DNA of 64,000 nt from Gemmatimonadota bacterium (GTDB lineage Bacteria; Gemmatimonadota; Gemmatimonadetes; Gemmatimonadales; Gemmatimonadaceae). The notes beneath the pieces are model-generated. The model did no database searches. It was not told the DNA's origin and saw only the letters and a list, made by a program, of their open reading frames with translations. The translations under genes and the position numbers were made by a program. Shown here piece by piece: positions 1-9,737 of the stretch (positions within the stretch are counted from its first letter, which is position 1; every line of letters begins with the position of its first letter). The stretch spans positions 248,751-312,750 of the forward strand of contig BJHH01000003.1 in NCBI GenBank assembly GCA_014192065.1, read 5' to 3'.

Positions 1-555
1 ACGGTCAGTAGCGTTGGCGAGCATAAAGACCTCGACCACACGCCGCTGGCCGGCTTCGTTCGGTGCCGACACAACGACGTGTCGGCTTTCGACAGTAACC
101 CGCACGCCGTGGCTGGCGGTGTCGTAGACAATCAGGTCCGCTGCCGCGCCGGAGACGGTTCGTTGCGTGAGTGGGTCGGCGAAATAGGCGATGCCACCGA
201 AGTTCCCAGCGACCAAGTACACGGCGGTCGAATCGCCGAAGGTCGTGTATCGAAACGCATACTGGCCCGCTGCCCCGGCGCGCATCGAGTCGAGCGGCGC
301 TGAGGAATCTGGGGCAATGCGATGCAGCGTCACCCAGACCTGTGACATGGGACGGCGCCCTCCTCCGCGCCCCGACGATCCATTGAGCACACGACCGGAC
401 ACCGAGCGCGCCTCGCCCCGTATTGGTACGGGCGGCGGCGCCTGCGCGCGTGCCGTCGCGTGGACTGCGCTACCGAGCCCCATCACCGCAATGATCACGA
501 GGCGCCCGACCGTGCGGCGCGCGACCGTGCGGCCGCTAGAGTGAAAACTTTCCAA
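1..555 (-). CDS. Partial CDS (runs off the left edge): hypothetical secreted protein
   Basis: Not in the ORF track. Hand translation of the minus strand gives an open, high-GC3 frame: ..SSGRTVARRTVGRLVIIAVMGLGSAVHATARAQAPPPVPIRGEARSVSGRVLNGSSG..DLIVYDTASHGVRVTVESRHVVVSAPNEAGQRRVVEVFMLANATDR... The basic n-region, hydrophobic core and AQA site look like a signal peptide. Start is uncertain: TTG 555..553, GTG 498..496 or ATG 483..481. Confidence 0.45.
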   Translation of the reverse strand, partial: MESFHSSGRTVARRTVGRLVIIAVMGLGSAVHATARAQAPPPVPIRGEARSVSGRVLNGSSGRGGGRRPMSQVWVTLHRIAPDSSAPLDSMRAGAAGQYAFRYTTFGDSTAVYLVAGNFGGIAYFADPLTQRTVSGAAADLIVYDTASHGVRVTVESRHVVVSAPNEAGQRRVVEVFMLANATDR

Positions 556-1072
556 AGTCCTCGGGGTTCATCTGCTCGAGGTGGCGCCGCAGGTTCTCGG
601 CGAAACTGCCCGACTCCGCCACAGAAGAGTCGCCCGGGCCCGGCGCGCCGAGCGCTGCATCGGTGTCGGTGTCTGCCGTGAGCTGGCTGTCATCGCTCAA
701 CAACTTTTCAGCGGCGAAGATTGGCGCACCGCAACGCAGCGCAATCGCGATCGCGTCGGACGGGCGCGAATCCACGACGTACGATTCCCCGTCGCGCGCC
801 ACGTGGAGCTCGGCGTAGTAGGTGTGCTCCTCGACCCGGGTGACCACGATGCGCGACACGACGCCGTCGAGAGCGAGGATGAGCGCATGAGCCAGGTCAT
901 GCGTCATTGGGCGTTCGCGCGGCACGCCGTGCAGGTGGGCCGCGATGGATTCCGCCTCCGGCCGCCCGATCCAGATGGGGAGCACACGCACGCCGTCCCG
1001 TTCCTGCAATACGACGACGAAGGTCTTCTGCTGACCGTCGTGTGCGAGCTTGGAGACGATGACTTCGACCAC
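536..1072 (-). CDS. Bifunctional nuclease family protein (DUF151/BFN domain)
   Basis: 178 aa ORF. MVEVIVSKLAHDGQQKTFVVVLQE..VLPIWIGRPEAESIA..RPMTHDL..VVTRVEEHTYYAELHV..VDSRPSDAIAIALRCGAPIF matches the conserved BFN/DUF151 pattern as I recall it. Confidence 0.8.
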   Translation of the reverse strand: MVEVIVSKLAHDGQQKTFVVVLQERDGVRVLPIWIGRPEAESIAAHLHGVPRERPMTHDLAHALILALDGVVSRIVVTRVEEHTYYAELHVARDGESYVVDSRPSDAIAIALRCGAPIFAAEKLLSDDSQLTADTDTDAALGAPGPGDSSVAESGSFAENLRRHLEQMNPEDFGKFSL

Positions 1073-1112
1073 GCGTGCACTCCCTCCACTTGCGAGCGGA
1101 TCTGACCCCGGA

Positions 1113-2288
1113 CTACCCGCGAACGGCTCGCTTCAGCGCAGCCACCCGGTCGGTGCGCTCCCATGTGAACAGCGTCACCGACTTGCCAAAGCGTTTCACG
1201 CGCTCGCTCGTGCGGCCGAAGTGGCCATAGGCGGCCGTGTCGCTGTATATGGGCTTCCGGAGATCGAGCGAGGCGATGATGCCCTTGGGCGTTAGGTCGA
1301 ACACCTCCTCGACCGCCTTGATGAGTTTTCGCTCGTCCACGCGGGCCGTACCGAACGTGTCCACCATCACGGAGACCGGCTTCGCCACGCCGATGGCGTA
1401 CGCGATCTGCACCTCGCACTTGGTCGCGAGCTTGGCCGCGACGATGTTCTTGGCCACCCAGCGCGCCGCGTAACAGGCCGAGCGATCGACCTTTGAGGGA
1501 TCCTTGCCGCTGAATGCTCCGCCGCCGTGGCGGCCCATGCCGCCGTAGGTGTCGACGATGATTTTGCGGCCAGTCAAGCCGGCATCGCCGTGCGGGCCGC
1601 CAATCTCAAATCGGCCGGTGGGATTGATATGGACCTTCATCCGCCGCGGGCGCAGTTCCTTCGGAATCGTCGCCTCGATGATCTCGCGCACGACCGCCTG
1701 CCGGATGCGGGCGTTGCTGACATCGGGGCTGTGCTGCGTCGAAATCACCACCGTGTCGACGAGGACTGGCTTGTCGTTCTCATACAGCACAGTGACCTGT
1801 GACTTGCCGTCCGGGCGGAGCCACTTGAGCGTCTGATCTTTACGCCGGGCGGCCAGCGCCATCGTCAGTTTGTGGGCGAGCATAATGGGGAGCGGCATCA
1901 ATTCTTCGGTCTCGTCGCAGGCGTAGCCGAACACCATGCCTTGATCGCCAGCCCCACCCGTATCGACGCCCAACGCAATGTGCGCCGACTGTTTGTCGAT
2001 CGTGGACATGACCGCGCACGAATCAGCGTCGAAGCCGTATCCCGACTCGGTGTACCCGATCTTCGCGATTGTGTCGCGGACGAGCTTCGGAAGGTGCACG
2101 TACGACGTGGTCGTGATCTCGCCGAAGATGGTCGCCAATCCGGTCGTGACCATCGTCTCGCATGCCACGCGCGACTTGGGATCGTCAGCAATGAGGGCGT
2201 CGAGGACTGCGTCCGAAATCTGGTCTGCGACCTTGTCAGGGTGTCCTTCGGTTACAGACTCTGACGTAAAGAGGTGCGGATGCTTCAC
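1113..2288 (-). CDS. metK: S-adenosylmethionine synthetase
   Basis: Hallmark [27 protein letters not shown] and GGGAFSGKD motifs. The ORF-track start (2510) is over-extended. GTG at 2288..2286 lies just before [11 protein letters not shown] and gives 391 aa. Confidence 0.95.
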   Translation of the reverse strand: MKHPHLFTSESVTEGHPDKVADQISDAVLDALIADDPKSRVACETMVTTGLATIFGEITTTSYVHLPKLVRDTIAKIGYTESGYGFDADSCAVMSTIDKQSAHIALGVDTGGAGDQGMVFGYACDETEELMPLPIMLAHKLTMALAARRKDQTLKWLRPDGKSQVTVLYENDKPVLVDTVVISTQHSPDVSNARIRQAVVREIIEATIPKELRPRRMKVHINPTGRFEIGGPHGDAGLTGRKIIVDTYGGMGRHGGGAFSGKDPSKVDRSACYAARWVAKNIVAAKLATKCEVQIAYAIGVAKPVSVMVDTFGTARVDERKLIKAVEEVFDLTPKGIIASLDLRKPIYSDTAAYGHFGRTSERVKRFGKSVTLFTWERTDRVAALKRAVRG

Positions 2289-2379
2289 GGGGCGATGTGC
2301 GTAAGGTGAGAGAAACGGCGGAACCGAGCGCCCGACGTCATTTGATCGATCGTGCGACCAGTGGAGAATACCGGGTGCG

Positions 2380-4134
2380 TCACGCGTGGAGCAACTCGCT
2401 GTCCACCTCGGCGACAAGCCGTTCGCGCAGGATCTGCTCGGCCTCCGCGGCCGTTGGCGCGAGGAGGGCCGCATCGGCCGCCTCCGTGGCCACCCCGGTG
2501 CGCAGTCCACGGACGAGCAGTTTCACGCGGGGGATGGCGATGGGGCTGACGCTCAACTGACGAATACCGAGCCCAATGAGCGCGAAGGCCATCAACGGAT
2601 CCGACGCCATCTCGCCACAGACGCCGATCGAGATGCCGCGCGCCTCGGCCACCTCGCACGACATGCGAATCAAGCGGAGTACTGCGGGGTGCAGCGGCGT
2701 GAATCGTGACGCAAGGCTCGCATTACTCCGATCGACGGCGAGCGTGTATTGCACGAGGTCGTTGGTACCGATGGAGAAAAACTGGACGTCGCCCGCGAGC
2801 GACCCGGCCAATACGGCGGCCGCTGGCGTCTCAATCATGACACCCACTGGCACGTCCGCCCGATGCGCGACCCCGCGTGCCTTGAGTTCCGCCGACGCCT
2901 CGGCGATGAGGGCGCGCGCTTGGCGCACCTCGTCGACCGTCACGATCAGCGGCAGATTGATGCGCACGTCGCCCAGCATGGCCGCCCGCAGCAGAGCGCG
3001 CAGTTGCGTCTTGAAGATCTCTGGCTGGTCGAGGCACATCCGGATGGCGCGCCAGCCGAGGAAGGGATTGGCCTCGTGAGGCCAGCCGCCAACCGGGAGT
3101 TTGTCGCCACCAACATCGAAGGTGCGGATAATCACCGGCCGCGTGCCGAAGGCGCGAATGACGCCGGCATAGGCCTCGTACTGTTCATCCTCATCGGGCA
3201 TGGCCGCCCGACCGACGACCAGGAATTCGGTGCGCATCAGCCCGACCCCTTCGGCGCCGTTCGCGACCGCCAGTTCGGCTTCATCAGGGAGGTCCACGTT
3301 CGCAAACAGCGTGACGCGCTGTCCGTCTCGCGTGATGGCGTCTTCGCCACTCAGCCGCGCCAGTGTTTCGCCTTCCTTCTCTTCGCGACGCTGGCGCGTG
3401 GCCGCATCAGCGAGCTCGGTGGCCGAAGGACGCGTCGTGAGCGTGCCCGTCGTCCCGTCGAGAATGACCTGTTCACCGCTACGCAGCTTCGACGTGGCAT
3501 CGAGGAGGCCTACCACGGCAGGGAGTCCGAGCGAACGGGCGAGGATCGCGACATGCGACGTGCGCGTACCGGCATCGGTCGCGATGGCTGCGATGGCCTC
3601 GCGATCGAGCTGCAGGGTCAGGCTCGGCGTCAGGTCCGACGTGACGAGAATGGCGTTCGTGCCCTTGGGCAGGTCGACCGGGTCGTGGTCCGGCAGGTCG
3701 AGCAGGATCGTAAGCACGCGAATATGCACGTCCAGCAAGTCACTGACGCGCTCGCGCAACATCGCGTGTGGCGAACGAGCGAAGTGGTCGCGCCACTCGA
3801 GCATCACCACGTCGAACGCGCGCTCGGCGCTGAACTGCTGACGGATAGTGCGCTCGACACGCTCTTGAAGTTCTACATCCTGGATGATCGAGATCTGGAC
3901 CTCGAAGATCGCGGCCTCGGCTTCGCCGGCGGTGCGCACCGCGCGTTCGCGAATGGTCCGCAGTCGCTCGATCGCGCGCGCGAACCCAATGCGCAGCCGC
4001 TCGATCTCAGCCTCGACATCGTCGAGCCCGATCACCGTCGCCGGGACGGCGGGCACTTCCCAGCGCAGCAGGTGCACCGGCCCAACGACGATGCCAGGCG
4101 ATGCGGGGATGCCCTTCAAGACGGTGATCGGCAT
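2380..4134 (-). CDS. ptsI: Phosphoenolpyruvate-protein phosphotransferase (PTS Enzyme I)
   Basis: 584 aa. Contains the phospho-His region [19 protein letters not shown] and the C-terminal PEP-utilising domain ([21 protein letters not shown]). No N-terminal GAF domain, so it is the ptsI type rather than ptsP. Confidence 0.93.
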   Translation of the reverse strand: MPITVLKGIPASPGIVVGPVHLLRWEVPAVPATVIGLDDVEAEIERLRIGFARAIERLRTIRERAVRTAGEAEAAIFEVQISIIQDVELQERVERTIRQQFSAERAFDVVMLEWRDHFARSPHAMLRERVSDLLDVHIRVLTILLDLPDHDPVDLPKGTNAILVTSDLTPSLTLQLDREAIAAIATDAGTRTSHVAILARSLGLPAVVGLLDATSKLRSGEQVILDGTTGTLTTRPSATELADAATRQRREEKEGETLARLSGEDAITRDGQRVTLFANVDLPDEAELAVANGAEGVGLMRTEFLVVGRAAMPDEDEQYEAYAGVIRAFGTRPVIIRTFDVGGDKLPVGGWPHEANPFLGWRAIRMCLDQPEIFKTQLRALLRAAMLGDVRINLPLIVTVDEVRQARALIAEASAELKARGVAHRADVPVGVMIETPAAAVLAGSLAGDVQFFSIGTNDLVQYTLAVDRSNASLASRFTPLHPAVLRLIRMSCEVAEARGISIGVCGEMASDPLMAFALIGLGIRQLSVSPIAIPRVKLLVRGLRTGVATEAADAALLAPTAAEAEQILRERLVAEVDSELLHA

Positions 4135-4136
4135 GG

Positions 4137-4406
4137 TCAGGCCTCCCCGAATTTGGCGGCGAACAGTTCAGCGATCGCTGCGACGAGCGGCTCGGCGTCT
4201 TCGCCGTCGGCGCGCACCAGCACGGTAGAACCACAGGGGGCCGCGAGCATCATGACGCCCATAATGCTCTTGCCGTTGACGTCGAGCCCATCATGCGAAA
4301 GCACCAGGGCCGACTTGAACTTGGCGGCCGTCTTCACGATTTCGGCCGACGGACGCGCGTGAATCCCCGACTGATTGACGACAGCCACCAACCGTTCGGC
4401 GGTCAT
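4137..4406 (-). CDS. ptsH: Phosphocarrier protein HPr
   Basis: 89 aa from ATG 4406..4404 (MTAERLVAVVNQSGIHARPSAEIV..NGKSIMGVMML). Both the His (GIHARP) and Ser (GKSIMG) phosphorylation motifs are present. The ATGA overlaps the EIID stop. Confidence 0.9.
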   Translation of the reverse strand: MTAERLVAVVNQSGIHARPSAEIVKTAAKFKSALVLSHDGLDVNGKSIMGVMMLAAPCGSTVLVRADGEDAEPLVAAIAELFAAKFGEA

Positions 4407-5161
4407 CGGACCACCACGGCGATCGCCGCGGCGACCGCGAGCAGTCCGATCGCCGCGCGCCATCCGGCGACCCGACCGTGCAGCAGTGCCAGCAGCAGCG
4501 CGCCCAGTGCACCGATTCCACCGATGATGAGCACGCCGGTTGGGGTGACCCCGGCGGCGGTACCGATCGCGAGCGGAAAGCCGAGGCCGGCAGCGAAGGC
4601 CGCGGCTCGAGTCAGGTGCGCGGGACCCGTTCGAAAGATCGGTGCGCCGAGCGCATGCGCCACCGCGAGTCCGTCACGCCAACCGGCGTGGAGCCCCCAG
4701 ATGCGCAGCGCGAGGTGCCCTGCGTTGTACAACGCAAGGAACCCGATGACGACCAGTGGCGCGCCGAGACCGAGACCGAATGCGACGAGCGCGATGAGCG
4801 AGCAAAGCGGTAACCACGCCGCCCAGACCAACCGGTCGCCGACACTGCCAAGCGGACCACAGCTCGCCGTGCGGAAGCGTTCGATGCGATCGGGGGCCTC
4901 GAGCGAGAGTTCGGCGCGCGCCAGCGCACCCACGGCGATTCCAGCGAAATACGGATGGCAGTTGAAGTAGCGGCTCTCGCGGGCCATCGCTTCGCGGTAC
5001 GCGGCGCCCGTTGCGCCCCCTGGAAGCAGGCGCAGCGCCGGCTCCATCGCGAAGGCGATCCCGTTCCCGATCATCGTCTCGTAATTGTACGAGCCTTGCA
5101 GCGTGAACAGGCGCGCAAGGATCGCTATCCTGGTGCCGAGGGGCAGCGTGGGGGAAGTCAT
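4403..5161 (-). CDS. PTS mannose/fructose/sorbose-family EIID component
   Basis: 252 aa from ATG 5161..5159. MTSPTLPLGTRIAILARLFTLQGSYNYETMIGNGIAFAMEP.. is the typical EIID N-terminus, followed by hydrophobic C-terminal helices. The ORF-track start (5626) is over-extended. ATGA overlap with the EIIC stop. Confidence 0.85.
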   Translation of the reverse strand: MTSPTLPLGTRIAILARLFTLQGSYNYETMIGNGIAFAMEPALRLLPGGATGAAYREAMARESRYFNCHPYFAGIAVGALARAELSLEAPDRIERFRTASCGPLGSVGDRLVWAAWLPLCSLIALVAFGLGLGAPLVVIGFLALYNAGHLALRIWGLHAGWRDGLAVAHALGAPIFRTGPAHLTRAAAFAAGLGFPLAIGTAAGVTPTGVLIIGGIGALGALLLALLHGRVAGWRAAIGLLAVAAAIAVVVR

Positions 5162-5844
5162 CGGGCAAACACCAACCCGAGCCCCAGGGCCGCCCCTGCG
5201 GCGAAACACCACGACGCGCGCGGCGCGGATCGCGCAGATCGTGCGATGGTCGCGCCACCGACGGCGACGGCGAGCACGATCGGCCAGGCGACCGACGGTC
5301 CGTAGCCCACCTGCCAAGCGGAGAGCAGCCGTTGCGTGACGCCGAGTGAGACCAAGAGCGCTACGGCGGTGACGATCACGCCGCGCCCGAAATCGGAGAC
5401 GATACCGGAAAGGTGCAGGCGCGCCACGGCATGCCCGGAGCCAGCGTCGAGCGGCCCGCGGAGGCGCAACGCCAACTGCGCGATCACCCGTCGGTGCCAG
5501 ACCATCGACGAAGAACCCAAGGCCGCGGTGGCGAGCCCGGCAAGCGTGGCGACAGCGAGTGACCCGGCAACGTCCGCACCGCCAACCAGATAAGTGGCGC
5601 CTGCGACGACCCCAGCCGACCCCCACTCCGGGTAACGGCTCGCACCGAACGGCAGGGTTTCGATGGCGAACAGTTCCAACACCGCGCCAACGACGATGCC
5701 ATCCTCAGGACGGCCGAGCAGCGCGGCCGCGATTGTGGCGGATACGATCGGTCGCGATACCATGGCCTGCAACAGGCTGACGGTGTCGAGCGAGCAGAGC
5801 GCTCCCGCAAGCACGAGCGTCAGGAAACCCGCGAGCTCGATCAT
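5158..5844 (-). CDS. PTS mannose/fructose/sorbose-family EIIC component
   Basis: 228 aa polytopic membrane protein. MIELAGFLTLVLAGALCSLDTVSLLQAMVSRPIVSATI..LELFAIETLPFGASRYPEWG fits the EIIC-Man pattern. ATGA overlap with the EIIB stop. Confidence 0.85.
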   Translation of the reverse strand: MIELAGFLTLVLAGALCSLDTVSLLQAMVSRPIVSATIAAALLGRPEDGIVVGAVLELFAIETLPFGASRYPEWGSAGVVAGATYLVGGADVAGSLAVATLAGLATAALGSSSMVWHRRVIAQLALRLRGPLDAGSGHAVARLHLSGIVSDFGRGVIVTAVALLVSLGVTQRLLSAWQVGYGPSVAWPIVLAVAVGGATIARSARSAPRASWCFAAGAALGLGLVFAR

Positions 5845-6329
5845 GCGCCGCGTTCGCGCAGCAAGTCGTCGAGCGGCATCGGGCTGGACGCGGGCAGGTC
5901 CTGTGCGGCAATACGCACGCCGCGGGCGGCTATCGCTCCGAGTCCCGCCGCTTCGTCGTCTGACAGGTAGACGTACGACAGGCAGGCGGCGCGGCCCGGG
6001 CGGTGGTGGAGGCCGCCAATCGTGACATCCCGTATCGCCGGCGCAGCGGCGGTCAACCGGCCCATCGTCGCGACGTCGGCGGTGAGCAACATGCCAGCAT
6101 CAGTGCGCGCGGTGAACTCCGGCATGCGCGCCACGGCCGAGTCGACTGTCTCGACCAACAACTCCATCTCGGGTGGTGTGCCCATCCGGTAGAGCTCGCG
6201 CTCCCAGTCGTTCGAGGCGACGCCATCGTCTACGAGCACGATAAACCTGAGCTGGAGCGGCTGACCCCATCCCACGACGACCTGTCCATGCACGAGGCGG
6301 TCATCGATGCGGAAATGCTCAAGCGGCAC
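5841..6329 (-). CDS. PTS mannose/sorbose-family EIIB component
   Basis: RIDDRLVHGQVVVGW (phospho-His motif of EIIB-Man) lies near the N-terminus. The likely start is GTG 6329..6327 (VPLEHFRIDDRL), overlapping the EIIA end by 11 nt. The ORF-track ATG at 6416 would give a 30 aa extension inside EIIA. Confidence 0.82.
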   Translation of the reverse strand: MPLEHFRIDDRLVHGQVVVGWGQPLQLRFIVLVDDGVASNDWERELYRMGTPPEMELLVETVDSAVARMPEFTARTDAGMLLTADVATMGRLTAAAPAIRDVTIGGLHHRPGRAACLSYVYLSDDEAAGLGAIAARGVRIAAQDLPASSPMPLDDLLRERGA

Positions 6330-6726
6330 CGTGGCCTCCGGATGCGGGCACGACAGTGATGGACTCCCGTCCCCGCGCGGCCGCACGCTGCAAGTCGGGT
6401 TCGGAGACACCGTCACCCAGAGCGAAGTCGAGCAGCGTGGTCACCGTGACTCCCGTGACGATGGCGATCGACGGATCGAGGCGGGCTAGCCGACGGGCAG
6501 CCATCGTGCAGCTGCCAGCCGGCAGGTCGGTGAAGATGACGCGCGCGCCGTGCGCGTCGAGGGCGCCGCGAATCGCCTGCTCGACACCGCCAAGGTCGAG
6601 CCCCTCATTGCTCACCGCGATGAACACCTCCGGCCGCCCGGCAATCTTACCGACGGCCGATACGATCCCGGAGGCAAAGCCGGCATGACCGGCAACAACA
6701 GCGCGGGGCCCGGATGCGTCGGCCAT
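6319..6726 (-). CDS. PTS mannose-family EIIA component
   Basis: 135 aa from ATG 6726..6724 (MADASGPRAVVAGHAGFASGIVSAV..IFTDLPAGSC). The GH-containing N-terminus is typical of EIIA-Man. The start lies 1 nt after the hprK stop. Confidence 0.8.
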   Translation of the reverse strand: MADASGPRAVVAGHAGFASGIVSAVGKIAGRPEVFIAVSNEGLDLGGVEQAIRGALDAHGARVIFTDLPAGSCTMAARRLARLDPSIAIVTGVTVTTLLDFALGDGVSEPDLQRAAARGRESITVVPASGGHGAA

Positions 6727-6727
6727 T

Positions 6728-7699
6728 CTACTCGTCGTCGTCCTGGAGGTAGCGGCCGACATTCGGCGTCGTCGCCTTGATGCGTGACTTGAGGCGTTCG
6801 TTGAACGCTTCCGCGACGTTCACGCCGCTGTACTTCAACAGGTGATTGAGCGCGATCACTTCGGCGATCACGGTGATGTTCTTGCCGGGGTTGAGCGGCA
6901 CCGTGACCATCGGCAGCGCCACGTCGAGAATCTTCGTGGACTGGCCGTCGAGGCCGGTACGATCCACCTCGTTGAGCGCGTCCCACTGTTCGAGGTTCAC
7001 CACCACCTCGATGCGCTTCTGCTGCCGGACAGCGCGGATACCAAAGATCTTGGAGACGTCAATGATGCCGACACCGCGGATTTCCATATGGTGATGCGCG
7101 TGGTCGTGCGCGCGCCCGATCACGACGTCGGTACCCTGCCGGCGGACGATCACGAGATCATCGGCCACGAGTCGGTGTCCCCGTTCGACGAGATCGAGCA
7201 CGCACTCGGACTTGCCGATACCGCTCGATCCCGTGAACAGAAGGCCGACGCCAAACACATCGGCCAGCGAACCGTGCAGCGTGGCCGATGGCGCGAATGC
7301 CGACTCAAGGAAGGGCCCGATGTGCCGGTAAAACTCTTGCGTCTTGAGTTTCGAACGGAGGATCGCGAGCCCGACCGCCTTGGCCTCGTCTTCCATGCCC
7401 TTCGGAAGCGCCTGCCCCTTGGTGATCATCACACACGGAATCGGATACGAGAAGAACTGCTTGATGTTTCGTGTGCGCTCCTCATCGCTCAGCGAGTTGA
7501 GGTAGCTGACCTCGGTTTCGCCGAGGACCTGAATCCGAGCGGCGACGTATCGGCCAACGTAGCCGGCCAGCACGAGTCCCGGCCCTGAGGCGTCGACGGA
7601 GGTGATCTCGCGCTCGAGACCCGCCGGACTGCCGAGCAGTTCGAGCTTAAGCGCTTCCTTCATGCGTTCGTAGAGCTGAGCGACCAGAAGCTTTGGCAT
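6728..7699 (-). CDS. hprK: HPr kinase/phosphorylase
   Basis: 323 aa from ATG 7699..7697 (MPKLLVAQLYERMKEALKLELL). Contains the Walker A GSSGIGKSE, LVADD and the signature MEIRGVGIIDV. The ORF-track start (7915) is over-extended. Confidence 0.92.
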   Translation of the reverse strand: MPKLLVAQLYERMKEALKLELLGSPAGLEREITSVDASGPGLVLAGYVGRYVAARIQVLGETEVSYLNSLSDEERTRNIKQFFSYPIPCVMITKGQALPKGMEDEAKAVGLAILRSKLKTQEFYRHIGPFLESAFAPSATLHGSLADVFGVGLLFTGSSGIGKSECVLDLVERGHRLVADDLVIVRRQGTDVVIGRAHDHAHHHMEIRGVGIIDVSKIFGIRAVRQQKRIEVVVNLEQWDALNEVDRTGLDGQSTKILDVALPMVTVPLNPGKNITVIAEVIALNHLLKYSGVNVAEAFNERLKSRIKATTPNVGRYLQDDDE

Positions 7700-7727
7700 C
7701 GTCCGCGTCGGAGAAAAAGTGGAGGCG

Positions 7728-8828
7728 CTACCGAGCAACAGCCCGGAGGTGTGCTTCGGTTTCGGTCGCGGCGTTGTCCCAAGTGAACGACTGCGAAAAT
7801 TCCCTCGCGCGCAGTCCCATCGATTCGACCAGTTCCCGCGACCCAGCAAGCCGGCCCATCGCCGCCGCCAACGCATCGACGTCCCCATGTGGCACGAGGA
7901 AGCCCGTCTGCCCATCGAGCACGGACTCGCGGATGCCAGGCGAGTTGGACGCCACGACCGGCGTGGCGCAGGCCGCCGCTTCGACGTTCGTCAGGCCCCA
8001 ACCCTCCTTGGGTGACGCCAGCGCGACCGCCCAGGAACGGCGCAGCAGCGCGAGTTTCTCCGATTCGCTCACAAAGCCAAGAAACCGCACGCGACCTGTG
8101 AGGTCAAGCGTGTGCACGAGTGCCTCGAGTGCGGGGCGATAGTCCCCGGCCCCGGCGATCTCGAGCACGGCCGTCGGGTGCGCCAGTTGTGCGAAGGCAC
8201 GCATCACAATGTCCACGCCCTTGTAGCGCTTGAGACGTCCGACGTAGGCGAATGTCGGGACCGGCGCGCGGGTACCGGCCGCCGGCGTAAACGCCTCGGC
8301 GCTGACCCCGGGATAGATCACCCGCACATGGTCTCGCGGGATGCCACGGTCCACGAGGTCGTCGGCGGTGCTTTCCGAGATGGCTTCGAATGCCACATCA
8401 CGATACGCATACGGCAGCGGCCGTTCGCTCAACCAGACTGCGGCGGCGAGCGGCCAAGGCAACTCCTGAAACACCGTCGCGCCAAAGAGGTGGGGCACGC
8501 AGGCCACGATCGGCGTTCCACTGCCCCAGAGCGGCGTGTACAGTGGCGCCTTGTTGATATCCTCGACAATGACGTCGAACGCCTGCCCCGCTAAGTGGCG
8601 GCGCCAATGCGCGAAGACCATGAGCGCGAAGCTCTGTCTGGTGCCGACGCGCTGCACGTCCATCCCTCCGAGCGTCACGCGGGGCGCACAGCCGGGCCAG
8701 CCGCCACAGAGCAAGGTCACCTCGTGACCACGCGCCGCGAGGCGTTCAAAAATTTCATGCAGGTGCAACTCCGCGCCGCCAGCCAGCGGATTCTCCCGAT
8801 CCTGCCAGTTGGTGACGAGAATCTTCAC
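7728..8828 (-). CDS. Glycosyltransferase, GT4 / group 1 family
   Basis: 366 aa. Has the N-terminal MKILVTNWQDRENPLAGGAELHL fold signature and a C-terminal EGWGLTNVEAAACATPVVASN (E-x7-E-like) motif. The GTG start overlaps the nusB stop (GTGA). Confidence 0.8.
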   Translation of the reverse strand: MKILVTNWQDRENPLAGGAELHLHEIFERLAARGHEVTLLCGGWPGCAPRVTLGGMDVQRVGTRQSFALMVFAHWRRHLAGQAFDVIVEDINKAPLYTPLWGSGTPIVACVPHLFGATVFQELPWPLAAAVWLSERPLPYAYRDVAFEAISESTADDLVDRGIPRDHVRVIYPGVSAEAFTPAAGTRAPVPTFAYVGRLKRYKGVDIVMRAFAQLAHPTAVLEIAGAGDYRPALEALVHTLDLTGRVRFLGFVSESEKLALLRRSWAVALASPKEGWGLTNVEAAACATPVVASNSPGIRESVLDGQTGFLVPHGDVDALAAAMGRLAGSRELVESMGLRAREFSQSFTWDNAATETEAHLRAVAR

Positions 8829-9244
8829 GCGATGGCGCCCACGCGGCGCGCATGCGCGTCGAGTACGCCGTTCACGAAGCTCGCCGCTCGCGCCGTGCCG
8901 TACCGCTCCGCCATCCGGACATACTCCTGAATCACGACCTTTGGCGGCGTCAGTCCCTGGGCGAACTCGGCGATGCCAAGCCGCAGCACGCAGCGCTCGA
9001 TTGCGCCCAGCCGCTCCACGCGCCAGTTCGTGGTGACCTCAGCGAGATCAGCATCGAGTTGTATCCGGCTGGCCGCGATCCACCGAATGAGTTTTTCGGC
9101 GAACTCGAGTTCTCCCGGCTGCACCTGCAGGTCCTCCCACAGGGTCGCCGCGATGCGCAGGAGGTCTGGCTCCCCACGCACGTCCCATGCGTAGAGTGCC
9201 TGCAACGCGCGTGCGCGCCCTCGCGTTTCAACTCGTGCAGGCAT
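8825..9244 (-). CDS. nusB: Transcription antitermination factor NusB
   Basis: 139 aa from ATG 9244..9242 (MPARVETRGRARALQALYAWDV..). The C-terminal half (RLGIAEF..PPKVVIQEYVRMAERYG..ASFVNGVLD) is the typical NusB signature. The ORF-track start (9445) is over-extended into ribH. Confidence 0.9.
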   Translation of the reverse strand: MPARVETRGRARALQALYAWDVRGEPDLLRIAATLWEDLQVQPGELEFAEKLIRWIAASRIQLDADLAEVTTNWRVERLGAIERCVLRLGIAEFAQGLTPPKVVIQEYVRMAERYGTARAASFVNGVLDAHARRVGAIA

Positions 9245-9737
9245 CGCCCGACTCTTCTGGTTGGTCCGTCGCGGCGTCGAGCCGCGAAAAGAGGTCCGCC
9301 ATCTCGAGGGCCGCCAGTGCGGCATCCCAACCCTTGTTGCCGTGTGCCCCACCTGCGCGGGCCTCGGCCTGCGCATCGGTGTCCGTCGTGAGCAGGCCAA
9401 ATCCGATCGGCGTGACGAACTCATGCTGGAGGTTGGCCAAGCCACGCGCCGCCTCGCCTGCGACGTAATCGAAATGCGGTGTTTCGCCGCGGATCACGGC
9501 ACCAACCACCACGAGCGCGTCGTACCGCTCCGTGGCGAGCATCCGTTCGGCGGCGGCTGGAAGCTCCCAAGCCCCCGGCACCCAGACGACGTCCACATCC
9601 TCAAAGCGCACGCCGTGCCGGACGAGGCACTCGACGGCGCCCTCGAGCAGCTTGACCGTCACTTCTTCGTTGAAGCGACTCGCGATCACGCCGACTCGGC
9701 GCCCTTCGCCCGCGACGGTTCCCCGAAACTCAGCCAT
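9228..9737 (-). CDS. ribH: 6,7-dimethyl-8-ribityllumazine synthase
   Basis: 169 aa. RVGVIASRFNEEVT..VWVPGAWELP..VVVGAVIRGETPHFDYV are lumazine synthase signature segments. Confidence 0.93.
   Translation of the reverse strand: MAEFRGTVAGEGRRVGVIASRFNEEVTVKLLEGAVECLVRHGVRFEDVDVVWVPGAWELPAAAERMLATERYDALVVVGAVIRGETPHFDYVAGEAARGLANLQHEFVTPIGFGLLTTDTDAQAEARAGGAHGNKGWDAALAALEMADLFSRLDAATDQPEESGDACTS

Noticed and set aside
2289-2379. Possible SAM riboswitch in the 91-nt leader upstream of metK
   Set aside because: I could not find the conserved SAM-I/S-box or SAM-II core elements or a convincing multi-helix fold by eye. A covariance-model scan (Rfam RF00162, RF00521 and similar) would be needed. 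Not claimed.
2289-2510. Long N-terminal extensions in the ORF track (for example metK to 2510, EIID to 5626, hprK to 7915, murD to 48153, murC to 44243, alr to 30741)
   Set aside because: The extensions are Arg/Pro-rich, overlap the preceding gene and precede the conserved family N-termini. In each case an ATG or GTG at the expected position, overlapping or abutting the upstream stop, gives a canonical-length protein.
2749-4362. 537-aa plus-strand ORF antisense to ptsI/ptsH
   Set aside because: It lies entirely opposite genes with unmistakable PTS motifs. Its Arg/Gly/His/Asp-rich composition with no recognisable motifs is the typical mirror-frame artefact of high-GC DNA, where stop codons are rare.
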